From positions 1,440,001 to 1,504,000 of the forward strand of contig OZ257156.1 in the NCBI GenBank assembly GCA_965279375.1: 64,000 nt of DNA. The letters run 5' to 3'. How positions within the stretch are numbered: the first letter of the stretch is position 1; every line of letters starts with the position of its first letter. Shown piece by piece: positions 49,139-58,287 of this stretch. The DNA comes from Gemmatimonas sp. (GTDB lineage: Bacteria > Gemmatimonadota > Gemmatimonadetes > Gemmatimonadales > Gemmatimonadaceae). Position numbers and translations under genes: made by a program. The notes beneath the pieces were generated by a model, which worked only from the letters and a program-made list of their open reading frames with translations, did not search any database and was not told where the DNA came from.

Positions 49139-50284
49139 ATGATCCGATCTCTCCTGACCTCCCTTCTGGGGTTGATGTGCTGCGCGGCAACGTTGTCCGC
49201 GCAGTCCCCACGCTCCGCGATGGCGAGAGACCTCGATCGCGCGATCGACCGGGCAACACGCGAATCGCACTTCATGGGTACGGTGCTCGTCGCAAGCGAT
49301 GCCGGTGTTCGCTACGCGCGATCGGTCGGCATGGCCAACGCGGAATTCAGGCAGCCCAACGGACCTGATACCCGCTTTCGCATTGCGTCAGTGACCAAGC
49401 AGTTCACCGCGTTGCTGGTGATGCAACTCGTGGACTCGGGGCGAGTACGACTCGACGGAACGATCGCGGACTATCTGCCATGGTATCCGGCAGATGTCGG
49501 TCGGCAGATCACCATCGAGCAGCTGATGACGCACATGTCAGGTACGCGCGACCTGGAAGAGATTCCCGGCTACTACGCCACCGATGACTCCACGCTCAAC
49601 TCTCATGCCGCAGTCGTCCGTCGCTATCTCATGGTGCCGCCAGCATGGACACCAGGAACGCGATTCCGCTACAACAACGGCGACTACATCATCCTCGGCG
49701 CGATTCTCGAACAGTTGACCGGACAGTCGTTCGCGTCGCTCGTGCAATCGCGCATTCTGACGCCGCTGGGGATGCGAAACTCCGGCATCGTGAAGGAGTC
49801 CGCGGTCGTGCCACGGCTTGCCGATGGTTACGACGCCGACGCCGCCGGACGTTTGCTGCGTGCGCCAGCGCCAGTGGAGCGATTCATGGCGAGCGGTGCG
49901 ATGTACTCGACGCCTCAGGATCTGATGCGCTGGCACAAGGCGCTCTTTCATCATCAACTGCTTTCCGCCGCCGGAACCGAGCGCATGTTCCGCCCCAATC
50001 AGTGGGGCGGCGCGTTGGGCAGCTGGCAGTATGATTGGACGGCCGCTTCGAACGCTTCTGCGGATTCATCGGTGGCGGCAACCAAGCGTGCGAGCGTGCG
50101 CGTGATCGAACGTCAGGGGTGGATCGGCAACTTTCGCGCGCTGACCGTGCGCATGCCGGCACGCGACGTCAGCGTGATCGTGATCGCCAATGGCGGCAGC
50201 GCCGACCTGAGCACGCTGTCGCAGGGAAATGGACTCGCCTCCGCGATCGTCGCCGCCGTCGAGCGCGGAACACGCTCACGCTAG
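49139..50284 (+). CDS. Secreted beta-lactamase-family serine hydrolase
   Basis: SVTK (SxxK), LMTHMSG, YNN. Confidence 0.85.
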   Translation: MIRSLLTSLLGLMCCAATLSAQSPRSAMARDLDRAIDRATRESHFMGTVLVASDAGVRYARSVGMANAEFRQPNGPDTRFRIASVTKQFTALLVMQLVDSGRVRLDGTIADYLPWYPADVGRQITIEQLMTHMSGTRDLEEIPGYYATDDSTLNSHAAVVRRYLMVPPAWTPGTRFRYNNGDYIILGAILEQLTGQSFASLVQSRILTPLGMRNSGIVKESAVVPRLADGYDADAAGRLLRAPAPVERFMASGAMYSTPQDLMRWHKALFHHQLLSAAGTERMFRPNQWGGALGSWQYDWTAASNASADSSVAATKRASVRVIERQGWIGNFRALTVRMPARDVSVIVIANGGSADLSTLSQGNGLASAIVAAVERGTRSR

Positions 50285-51373
50285 CTGTTCGGTCACGCCC
50301 CGAGCCCTCGATCGGAAGAACGCGCCGCGCAACCAGCGCGCCGCGCGATCGCCGTGGCTGTCCCATACCTCATTGCGATACTCGGCGATCCGCGACTCGG
50401 CGAACTCCTGCACGCGGCGCACGTCGAGTTCCGTGAAGCGGTGGAACGGCTTGAACTGAAACGGATGCTCGCGCACGAGTCTTCGAAAGCGATCGATGTG
50501 CGGAAACTCTGAACTCAACCGCGGCGCGAGGCGTAACGCGGAGCGCAGCAGATCTCGCGCCTTCGCGTCGTCACCGAACGCGTAGCGGATGTAGCGCGAT
50601 TCGACGAGCTCCCAGAACGCCTCCGTGTCGGCGTGCGCATCGATCGCTTCGTATTCGAGCGCGGTACACAGCAGCCCCCAGAGTACATGGTCTTCCCGTC
50701 CGACCATGTTGCGCGTTGGCGACTCAGGGGCCTTCTCCCAATGACGCAGATACGCTCCCTGCATTGCGTACGCCGTTGCGAAGCCTGACCGCCACATGCG
50801 CAGGTTGAGTTCCGTCCACTCGCCCCAGAACTCGCGGCGCGGATTGAAGCCGCCGATGTCGAGAAAGAGGCGACGATATCCGGCGGCGAGCATCCCCTGC
50901 ACGGGCATGTAGCGCAAACCGTCCAGCGCGACACTTGGCGTGGTACGGCGTGGCTTGAATCGTCGATCGGTATCCTCCACCAGCGACTGCAGTCCAACGA
51001 TACCTAACGGTTGGCTGCGCAGCGTGTCCTCGAGGACTTCGAGGAAATCGCCATGCACCGTGAGGTCGTCGTCGAGAAAGGCGAGGAGCGGCGTCTTGCA
51101 GTGATTGAGCTGCTGCAGGCGACCACCGCCAATCGTCGGACGCTGCGTGTTGAAATGGATATGCAACGTCAATCCGCGACCCGCCTTGCGCAGGCGAGTC
51201 TCCACGTCGCGTGGCCGTTCGCGTGTATCCCAGTTGTACACGACATCCACCACGGTGCCGGCGGGGAGACGCGTTTCACGGAGCGAGCCAAGTAGCTGCG
51301 CGAGCCACTCTTCGCGGCGAGGGATGGTGAGCACACTCAGCGTCCAGCGTGCGCGTGATGCGTCGCGAATCAT
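50276..51373 (-). CDS. GT-A fold (GT2-like) glycosyltransferase, atypical
   Basis: AFLDDD metal-binding motif, F..IGGF, FWGEWTELNLRMWRSG; coupled (ATGA overlap) to the upstream HAD gene. Confidence 0.75.
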   Translation of the reverse strand: MIRDASRARWTLSVLTIPRREEWLAQLLGSLRETRLPAGTVVDVVYNWDTRERPRDVETRLRKAGRGLTLHIHFNTQRPTIGGGRLQQLNHCKTPLLAFLDDDLTVHGDFLEVLEDTLRSQPLGIVGLQSLVEDTDRRFKPRRTTPSVALDGLRYMPVQGMLAAGYRRLFLDIGGFNPRREFWGEWTELNLRMWRSGFATAYAMQGAYLRHWEKAPESPTRNMVGREDHVLWGLLCTALEYEAIDAHADTEAFWELVESRYIRYAFGDDAKARDLLRSALRLAPRLSSEFPHIDRFRRLVREHPFQFKPFHRFTELDVRRVQEFAESRIAEYRNEVWDSHGDRAARWLRGAFFRSRARGVTEQLA

Positions 51374-52155
51374 TGAACCTCCTCAAGAGCAGCAACTCGC
51401 CGGATCACATCACGCCAACCGGCGATGCCCGGAATCGTCACGCGGTGTACACCGGAAATCGCCTGAAGATCTGCATGCCATGTGCCATCGTCACGCGAAA
51501 TGACGAAGCGATGCGGAACCGCCTGCAGCAGCGAGACGTCGTTGTCACCATCGCCTGCGGCCGCCACGACCGACGGCGTGATGCCAATCGCGCGCAGCCA
51601 CGTGAGGAATGCTCGCGCACCGTGTCCCTTGTCGGGGCCGCTCGTCACAGCGAGCCAATCACCACCCGAAGAAACCGCCAAGCCGCAAGCGCGAAGCGCT
51701 GACGCGAGCGGATCGAGGGATGAAAACGTCGCCGACGGTGCAGGCCGAATCGCGACCGATGCACGCCGCTCCACGTCGGGCATCAGCGTCGCTTGATCGA
51801 CATAGCATATGCCTAGCCGATTCGCTTCATCCCGAACGATCGCGCGCAGCGTCGTTGCATCGTCGCCGAGCGTGAGTATCGACCACGCGACACCATCGAC
51901 GAGCTCGTATGCGCCTGTCATGTGGCAGCTGTCGTCCCAGTGCAGCGCCACGACTGCACCGTTCTCGGCGATGAGCGGCCCGTGAACACCGAGGTCGCGC
52001 TGGTTCCGGCGCAACTCGCGCAGCGTGCGACTGGAGGTCAGTACGAGCGAGAGGCGGTCGAGGTATGGCGACAGCTCGGCGGCGTCCATGGCGTATCGAC
52101 CGTGACGGTCGAGCAGGGTGCCGTCCACATCGGAGAAGAGCAGCGTAGATGTCAT
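51370..52155 (-). CDS. HAD-IIB phosphatase, mannosyl/glucosyl-3-phosphoglycerate phosphatase (MpgP/YedP)-like
   Basis: FSDVDGTLLD, TSSRT..E, P.IAENG, DKG, GDGDND..LL, G..GW. Confidence 0.75.
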   Translation of the reverse strand: MTSTLLFSDVDGTLLDRHGRYAMDAAELSPYLDRLSLVLTSSRTLRELRRNQRDLGVHGPLIAENGAVVALHWDDSCHMTGAYELVDGVAWSILTLGDDATTLRAIVRDEANRLGICYVDQATLMPDVERRASVAIRPAPSATFSSLDPLASALRACGLAVSSGGDWLAVTSGPDKGHGARAFLTWLRAIGITPSVVAAAGDGDNDVSLLQAVPHRFVISRDDGTWHADLQAISGVHRVTIPGIAGWRDVIRRVAALEEVQ

Positions 52156-52216
52156 CGGCAGGTCGAGTCCTGAGCGCGAGCCTTGCTCGACCGCTTCGGT
52201 GGCTGGATGTTGGAGC

Positions 52217-53314
52217 ATGATGAACCGACGCCGCTTCGTTCGGGACACTCTGCTGGCGACCGCCGGCGTGTCCGCGCTGTCTCGTGCTGCACACGCGCAG
52301 CGATCAGTCGAGCACGCCACCCAGTACGCGGGGCACGAGATACAACCCGCGCCGCTCGTATTTGATCTCCACTCGCATCCCGGCGCCACCTTTCAGAAGG
52401 GGAGACCGGAGTACCAGGGTGATGAGGCGCACCGAAAGACCGTCGCCAGCATGCAGTCGGGCGGACTGACCGGCGCGTTCTTCAGCCTGGTGGCGGATGG
52501 GCCGCTGATCGAGCTCACGCCCACCGGTGTCATTACTCACGACGCGTACGCGAAGGGCCAGGCCGCGCGCGAGTACCAGCGGCAACTCGCGGATCTCAAG
52601 GCGCTGCTTGGCACGACCAGCGCATTCATTGCGACACGGGCCGCCGACCTGCCGCGCGCGCAGCGTGATCGTACGGTGGCGGCCTATCTCGCGTGCGAAG
52701 GCGGCGAGTTTCTCGAAGGCGATGCGGGACGTGTGGATCAGCTGTACGCCGACGGCGTGCGCTCACTGCAGCTGGTGCACTATGTGCCCAACGTGCTTGG
52801 CGATCTGCAGACGCAGCCGCGTCAGCACGGCGGACTGTCGGCAGCGGGCAAGGCGGTCGTCAAGCGGCTGACCGCGAAGGGCATGGTCATCGACGTCGCG
52901 CATGCGTCGTTCGAAACCGTGCGCGATGTGGCCTCGCAAACATCCGCACCGATCATTCTTTCCCACAGCATTCTCAAGATGGATGACTCGCGACTGCTCG
53001 CGGCGCGCGCCATCACGGTCGAGCATGCGAAGCTGGTGGCCAAGACCGGTGGTGTGATTGGCGCGTGGCCAAGCGGCTTCAACGCGAGCTTCGACGAGTT
53101 CGTCAGCAACACGGTACGGCTGATCGAGACCGTCGGCGTGGACCATGTTGGCCTGGGCACCGACATGGACGGCAACCTCAAGCCCGTGCTCGGCGACTAC
53201 AAGCAGTTGCCCGACTGGCTGACAGCGCTGAAGTCGAAAGGACTGTCAGCCAGTGATGTGGCCAAGGTGGCCGGCGGCAACATGCAACGCGTGCTGGCGC
53301 AGGTGATCGGATAA
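52217..53314 (+). CDS. Tat-exported membrane dipeptidase (M19)
   Basis: NRRRFVR Tat motif; DLHSH, CEGG, IDVAH, SHS, G.DHVGLGTDMDG, GGN..RV. Confidence 0.88.
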   Translation: MMNRRRFVRDTLLATAGVSALSRAAHAQRSVEHATQYAGHEIQPAPLVFDLHSHPGATFQKGRPEYQGDEAHRKTVASMQSGGLTGAFFSLVADGPLIELTPTGVITHDAYAKGQAAREYQRQLADLKALLGTTSAFIATRAADLPRAQRDRTVAAYLACEGGEFLEGDAGRVDQLYADGVRSLQLVHYVPNVLGDLQTQPRQHGGLSAAGKAVVKRLTAKGMVIDVAHASFETVRDVASQTSAPIILSHSILKMDDSRLLAARAITVEHAKLVAKTGGVIGAWPSGFNASFDEFVSNTVRLIETVGVDHVGLGTDMDGNLKPVLGDYKQLPDWLTALKSKGLSASDVAKVAGGNMQRVLAQVIG

Positions 53315-53350
53315 CGAGCTATCGGATAACGGGCTATCGGATAGCGAGCT
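53306..53350. repeat. 3 x 15-bp tandem repeat bridging two convergent stop codons
   Basis: ATCGGATAACGAGCT ATCGGATAACGGGCT ATCGGATAGCGAGCT. Confidence 0.85.
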
Positions 53351-54761
53351 ACTTGATCGTGGGCTGCGTGGAGAACGACTGCTCGATGTCGGCAGCGATG
53401 TAGGCCATCACGGCCATCACTGCGACGCAACGCTGTACTTCGGCGGGATCCAGCTTGTCAGGCGTATCTGCGTCGGTGTGATGGAACCAGAAATAGCGTG
53501 AGCCGTCCACGTTGAGCCCCATGCCCGGTACGCCCGTGGACATGATCGGGCCGATGTCGGCGCCACCGCCAGACGCTTCGATCTTGCTGGCGCCAATCGG
53601 TGCGAGCAGACTGCCGATCGCTTCGATCACGGCGCGCGCTGCCGGTGTGCCCGTGAAGCCAAAGCCCAACGGCGAGAAGACGCCGCCGTCCGATTCGATC
53701 GCCAGCTGATGCGTTTCCTTCTGATGCGCATCCTTGTACGCCGCGCCACCGCGACCGCCGTTTTCTTCGTTGGTCCATCCTACGACGCGAATCGTGCGAC
53801 GCGGCGTGAGTCCAAGCTTCTTGAGCAACCGAATCGCCTCCCACGCGACAACCACCCCACCCGCATCGTCCATCGCGCCCTGCCCTACATCCCACGAATC
53901 GATGTGGCCGCCCATCACCACGATCTCGTCCGGCTTCTCGCGGCCACGTAGTTCGCCCATCACGTTGGCACTCTCTGCATCGGGCAGCGTCTGCGCATTC
54001 ATCGTGAGCGTCACACGCACCTTCTCGCCGCGATTGATCATGCGGCGCATCATCATCGCGTCTTCGGCGGTGACGCTCGCGTGCGGAATCCTGGTCACGG
54101 TGGAGTCGTAGCTCATGCTGCCCGTGTGCGGCGTACGCATGCCGTACGGCCCCGCGGCGCGCGCGAGCGATGCCACTGCTCCGACCTTTGCTGCGGCGAT
54201 GGCTCCCTGCCGACGAAACGCGCCGTTGTAGCCGTAGTCGCGCCACTCCGCGTCGTACAACACGATCTTCCCCTTGGCTTCGCTCGCGCGCTGCGTGAGT
54301 TCATCGAAGCTGGCCACCACCATCACCTCGGCGGTGATGCCGCCCTTGGGGGTGGCGATACTGCCGCCGAGTCCGAGCATTGGCAACAGCTGCTTGCGCG
54401 GTGAGACCAGTTCGAGCGACTCCGCGCCGCGCACCCAATGCGGTACCATCACCTTCTCACGTTGCACGCGCTCGAGCCCATCCTTCTGCATCGTTGCGGC
54501 GGTCCAGGCGATCGCCTGCTCGAGTGCCGCCGAACCCGACAGGCGATGGCCGAAACGATCTGTCAGTTCGGCGATGCGATTCCAGGCACCAGCCGAGTCG
54601 GCCTGTGCGGCGGCGATGATCCGATTGGCGACCGCAGTGTACTTGGCGGGAATCGCGTCGGGCGCCTGCGCGGCCAGCGGTGACGCGAGCGTGTACAGCG
54701 GGAGTATGGCAACTGACAGGATCGCGGTTCGGCGTCCTGAGAGCGACAGAGGGCGGGCCAT
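53349..54761 (-). CDS. M28 metallopeptidase (carboxypeptidase Q-like) with PA domain
   Basis: G.RLSGS, PHTG, GGHIDSWDVGQGA.DD, NEENG, ESD.G, YFWFHHT..DT.DK. Confidence 0.9.
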   Translation of the reverse strand: MARPLSLSGRRTAILSVAILPLYTLASPLAAQAPDAIPAKYTAVANRIIAAAQADSAGAWNRIAELTDRFGHRLSGSAALEQAIAWTAATMQKDGLERVQREKVMVPHWVRGAESLELVSPRKQLLPMLGLGGSIATPKGGITAEVMVVASFDELTQRASEAKGKIVLYDAEWRDYGYNGAFRRQGAIAAAKVGAVASLARAAGPYGMRTPHTGSMSYDSTVTRIPHASVTAEDAMMMRRMINRGEKVRVTLTMNAQTLPDAESANVMGELRGREKPDEIVVMGGHIDSWDVGQGAMDDAGGVVVAWEAIRLLKKLGLTPRRTIRVVGWTNEENGGRGGAAYKDAHQKETHQLAIESDGGVFSPLGFGFTGTPAARAVIEAIGSLLAPIGASKIEASGGGADIGPIMSTGVPGMGLNVDGSRYFWFHHTDADTPDKLDPAEVQRCVAVMAVMAYIAADIEQSFSTQPTIK

Positions 54762-54832
54762 GCGAGGTTCCGGCGTAAGGGACGAGTGGTGGCGTGCGGT
54801 AATCTCGGGCAAAAGCGGTTCGACGTCCAACC

Positions 54833-55340
54833 AATGGGAATGACGGTGCAGATGCGAAGCGCGAGCGGGCGAAGGTGGACTGCGATGCTGTGTTTGGCAT
54901 TCATCGGATGTCGGAGCACCACTGAGGTCGTGGAAGACCCGCGGCTCTGTCCGCAGACGTACGAGTTTGGAAACTTCGGGTGCACCAGAGTGGTGGCGAT
55001 CGTCAGCGCTCCCACGACACCGCTCCCGTTGAGCTACCGCACGGACGTGCGCATGGTGCCGGCGCGCGCGAACAGCGGGTGGGAGGGAACGGCCGCTGGC
55101 GGTGTGGCCTTCGGTCCGGCGGTGCTCGACGCCACGCTGATGTTTCGTGCGCTCACGGGGGCCGCAGACACGCTTTCAGTGTGGATTGTGGCGCGTACGT
55201 TTGACCTCAGGCCTCCAATTCCAGTCGGCCAGACGCCGCCGCTCGCGGCAGTTGACAGTACGCTCCACCTGCTGCGTTTCGCGGCGGTGGGATCGTTCCG
55301 GCGCGTGGATACGGTGCGGCTGCAGCTTCGCGCGCCGTAG
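54833..55340 (+). CDS. Hypothetical lipoprotein
   Basis: Lipobox-like FIGC; CPQTYEFGNFGC; start codon uncertain. Confidence 0.55.
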
Positions 55341-55420
55341 CGCGTCAGTACCCTCTCGCGTCGACGGCAAGGTCAGTGCAGAATCAGGGCGAGCAATTCC
55401 CCAGCCCTGACCCTCGCCGC

Positions 55421-55834
55421 ATGCCCAGCATCTTCGACAAACTGAATCTCAAGTCGCAGACGGAGATTCTGGTGCTCAACGCCCCGGCGTCGTTCACGCC
55501 GCAGCTCGACGCGCTCGATGGGGTCAAGGTCCTGCGCAAGGCCACGTCCAAGACGCGCGTCTCGTTCGCCATGGGCTTCGCGTTGACGCAGGCGGAGCTG
55601 GATCGAATCTCACGCGATCTCATTGCCGCGTCCGATGCGGGCGATGTGATCATCTGGATTGCGTACGCCAAAGGCACGTCCAAGCGCTACACCAGCGAGT
55701 TCAATCGCGACTCGGGATGGACCGTCCTCAAGGACGCCGGCTTCGACACCGTGCGCATGGTCGCCATTGACGAGGACTGGTCGGCGCTCCGCTTCCGCCG
55801 CACCGCGCACATCAAGAACAGCGCGAAGTCGTAG
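55421..55834 (+). CDS. DUF3052-like protein
   Basis: KLNLK, VLNAP, WIAYAKG.SK......NRD.GW, VAIDEDWSALRFR. Confidence 0.75.
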   Translation: MPSIFDKLNLKSQTEILVLNAPASFTPQLDALDGVKVLRKATSKTRVSFAMGFALTQAELDRISRDLIAASDAGDVIIWIAYAKGTSKRYTSEFNRDSGWTVLKDAGFDTVRMVAIDEDWSALRFRRTAHIKNSAKS

Positions 55835-55867
55835 TCATCGCATTCGTAGTCATCCTCCGGAGGCACG

Positions 55868-56296
55868 ATGTACGAAGCCAAGACCAAGCCGACCAAAGTC
55901 AGTGTTGCCAGCTACCACGCCGCCATTGAAGACGATGAGCGACGGAAGGATTGCAAGGCGATCTCCGCGATCATGAAGCGTGTGACCGGATGCGCACCGG
56001 TCATGTGGGGCACGGCGATCGTCGGATTCGACAGCTATCACTACAAGTACGCCAGCGGACACGAGGGCGATTCCTGCGTCGTCGGCTACTCCTCTCGCAA
56101 AGGCGACATCAGCGTCTATCTGATGGGCGGCTACGAGGATGCCGAAGCGAAGGCGCTGCTCGCCAAACTCGGCAAGCACAAGACGGGCAAGGCGTGCATG
56201 TACATCAAGCGCATGTCCGACGTTGACCCCGCCGTGCTGGAGCAGCTCGTGGCGCGCGCGTACGCGATCACCAAGGAACGCTACAAGGGCAGCTGA
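55868..56296 (+). CDS. DUF1801 protein
   Basis: KT.PT..SV, P.MWG..IVGF..YHY.Y.SG..GD, LGKHK.GK.C.YIK. Confidence 0.88.
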   Translation: MYEAKTKPTKVSVASYHAAIEDDERRKDCKAISAIMKRVTGCAPVMWGTAIVGFDSYHYKYASGHEGDSCVVGYSSRKGDISVYLMGGYEDAEAKALLAKLGKHKTGKACMYIKRMSDVDPAVLEQLVARAYAITKERYKGS

Positions 56297-56299
56297 GCG

Positions 56300-56653
56300 C
56301 TACAGCATCATCGACGGCGGCGCATTGGGGAGGCGGTTCTCCACGTATAGTCGCAGCACATCCTCGGCGGCGGGCAGATACGCCTCGATGGGGGGCAGTC
56401 CACCGTCGAGAAGCGGGCCCGTGTCGCGCAGCACCGACGCGATGCCATGCGTCAGCGCGAGCACGTCGCGGTCCACGTGTACGCACGCATCGAGCAGCTC
56501 CACCAGATAGCTCGCCAGCTCATCCGGCGTGTGCTCGCGCACGGAACGCCACCCGATGTGCTCGAGCGCGCGTGCGAGTGCCGGTGCGGCACCGCTGCTG
56601 CCAAAGCCAGTGTCCTCGAGGTATCGCGCGCGCAGCGCGTCGTAGCGGATCAT
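56300..56653 (-). CDS. Hypothetical protein
   Basis: 117-aa ORF filling the gap between genes; no family recognised. Confidence 0.55.
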   Translation of the reverse strand: MIRYDALRARYLEDTGFGSSGAAPALARALEHIGWRSVREHTPDELASYLVELLDACVHVDRDVLALTHGIASVLRDTGPLLDGGLPPIEAYLPAAEDVLRLYVENRLPNAPPSMML

Positions 56654-56706
56654 GCGGGGAATGTAGGCGAGCAGATCGGTCTGCGGCCCTTGACGGGATG
56701 TTGATG

Positions 56707-56725
56707 TGTGTGCAAGTTGGTTACA
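56707..56725 (-). promoter_or_regulatory. Candidate Rrf2 operator, box 1
   Basis: Minus strand TGTAACCAACTTGCACACA, matching box 2. Confidence 0.6.
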
Positions 56726-56769
56726 CACAAAGGATGTCGCTCGACCAGCCTGACACGCGCTCCCTCTCG

Positions 56770-57216
56770 ATGAACACTCGTTTCGCCGTCGCCGTCCATA
56801 TCCTCACCCTGCTGCATTCGCAGCCGGATGAGCCGGCCACGTCCGAGTACATCGCGGGGAGCGTCAACACCAACCCGTCGCTCATTCGCCGCCTGCTGTC
56901 GCAGCTGGCACGCGCCGGCCTGACGCGCTCGCAGATGGGCACGGGCGGCGGGGCGATGCTCAATCGCTCGGCATCCTCCATCACCCTGCTCGACGTGTAC
57001 CGCGCCATGGACGACGAAGCTGAGCTGTTCCCGATCCATCCCACCCCGAATCCGGCCTGTCCGGTTGGGCGGCGGATCGGGGATGTGCTGGAAGCGCGTG
57101 TCGAAGCGGCCGAACGCGCCATGACCGACGAGCTGGCGCGCACCACGATCGCGGATCTCACCGGCGACATCTGCCTGCCGGTGTCTTCGCAGCGCTCACG
57201 AGCGGCCGCGAGCTGA
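56770..57216 (+). CDS. Rrf2-family regulator (YwnA/SifR-like)
   Basis: RF.VAVHIL, TSE.IA.SVNTNP..IRR, ITLLDVY.A, HPTPNPACPVG..I. Confidence 0.88.
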   Translation: MNTRFAVAVHILTLLHSQPDEPATSEYIAGSVNTNPSLIRRLLSQLARAGLTRSQMGTGGGAMLNRSASSITLLDVYRAMDDEAELFPIHPTPNPACPVGRRIGDVLEARVEAAERAMTDELARTTIADLTGDICLPVSSQRSRAAAS

Positions 57217-57254
57217 ATTCTGCACGACCTCAACGACTTCCTTGCGCACTGAAC

Positions 57255-57273
57255 TGTAACAGAAACGCATACA
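57255..57273 (+). promoter_or_regulatory. Candidate Rrf2 operator, box 2
   Basis: TGTAACAGAAACGCATACA upstream of the quinone oxidoreductase gene. Confidence 0.6.
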
Positions 57274-57342
57274 GACACCCGTACGCTCCTTGCATTCCGT
57301 ATCGACGCGCCACTCCTCACGACACAGACAGAGACACCAATC

Positions 57343-58188
57343 ATGACCATCGCGATCACCGGAGCCACCGGCCAGCTCGGCCGCCTCGTCGTTCAGCAAC
57401 TCCTCGCGCGCCAGCCGAAGGAGGAGATCGTCGCCCTCGTTCGCTCGCTGGATAAGGCCGCCGACCTCGGCGTTCCCGCGCGCCAGGCCGACTACGACGC
57501 GCCGGAAGCGCTCGGACCGGCGCTCGCCGGAGTGGACACGCTGCTGCTCATCTCGGCGAACGAATTCGGCAAGCGCATCTCGCAGCACTTGAACGTGATC
57601 GAGGCCGCCAAGCGCGCGGGTGTGAAGCGCATCGTCTACACGAGCTTGCTCCGCGCCAGCTCCTCGCCGATCAACCTGGCGGGCGAACACCGCGCCACCG
57701 AGGCCGCCATTCAGGCGTCCGGCATTCCGTTCACCATTCTCCGCAACGGCTGGTACACGGAGAACTACACCAGTTCGATCGGTGGTGCGCTGGCCGGTGG
57801 GGCATTCCTGGGCAGCGCGCGCGACGGACGGATTTCAGGTGCCACGCGCCTCGACTTCGCTGAAGCAGCCGCAGTGGTGCTGCTGACCGACGGACACGTC
57901 GGCAAGACGTACGAGCTCGCTGGTGATACGGCCTTCACGCTGCCGGAGCTTGCCGCAGAGCTCTCCCGTCAGGTCGGCAAGGAGATCCCGTATCGCGACC
58001 TGCCGCAGGCAGCATACGCGAAAATCCTGCTCGGCTTCGGTCTTCCAGAGGTGTACGCGGAGTCGATTGCCTCGTGGGATGTGGACGCGTCCAACGGCGC
58101 GCTCTACGAAGACGGCAAACAGCTCTCAGCGCTGATCGGTCGTCCGACCACGGCGCTGGCCACGGCAATCGCGGCGGCGCTGCCGTAA
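57343..58188 (+). CDS. qorB: NAD(P)H:quinone oxidoreductase (QorB/YtfG, atypical SDR)
   Basis: IAITGATGQLG..V, LLLIS, R..QH..VI.AA, YTSLL, H..TE, LRNGWYTEN, YELAGD, LS.LIGRPTT. Confidence 0.85.
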   Translation: MTIAITGATGQLGRLVVQQLLARQPKEEIVALVRSLDKAADLGVPARQADYDAPEALGPALAGVDTLLLISANEFGKRISQHLNVIEAAKRAGVKRIVYTSLLRASSSPINLAGEHRATEAAIQASGIPFTILRNGWYTENYTSSIGGALAGGAFLGSARDGRISGATRLDFAEAAAVVLLTDGHVGKTYELAGDTAFTLPELAAELSRQVGKEIPYRDLPQAAYAKILLGFGLPEVYAESIASWDVDASNGALYEDGKQLSALIGRPTTALATAIAAALP

Positions 58189-58287
58189 AAGACGCGCGCG
58201 GAGATGCCGCCGTGGCTGTCCATCGATACTTTCTGTGCGGAATGACGTGCCCGCCTGAAGTGACAGCCACTCACCTGGTATCTCCGC

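Noticed and set aside
55829..55856. Short direct repeat TCGTAGTCATC x2 after the DUF3052-like stop codon
   Set aside because: Only two 11-bp copies; probably a local duplication, with no element between them to support a target-site duplication
56705..56729. TGTGTGT-N11-ACACACA as a PpsR (TGT-N12-ACA) site
   Set aside because: All TGT-ACA spacings here are odd (11, 13, 15), and the site is better explained as an Rrf2 box matching 57255-57273
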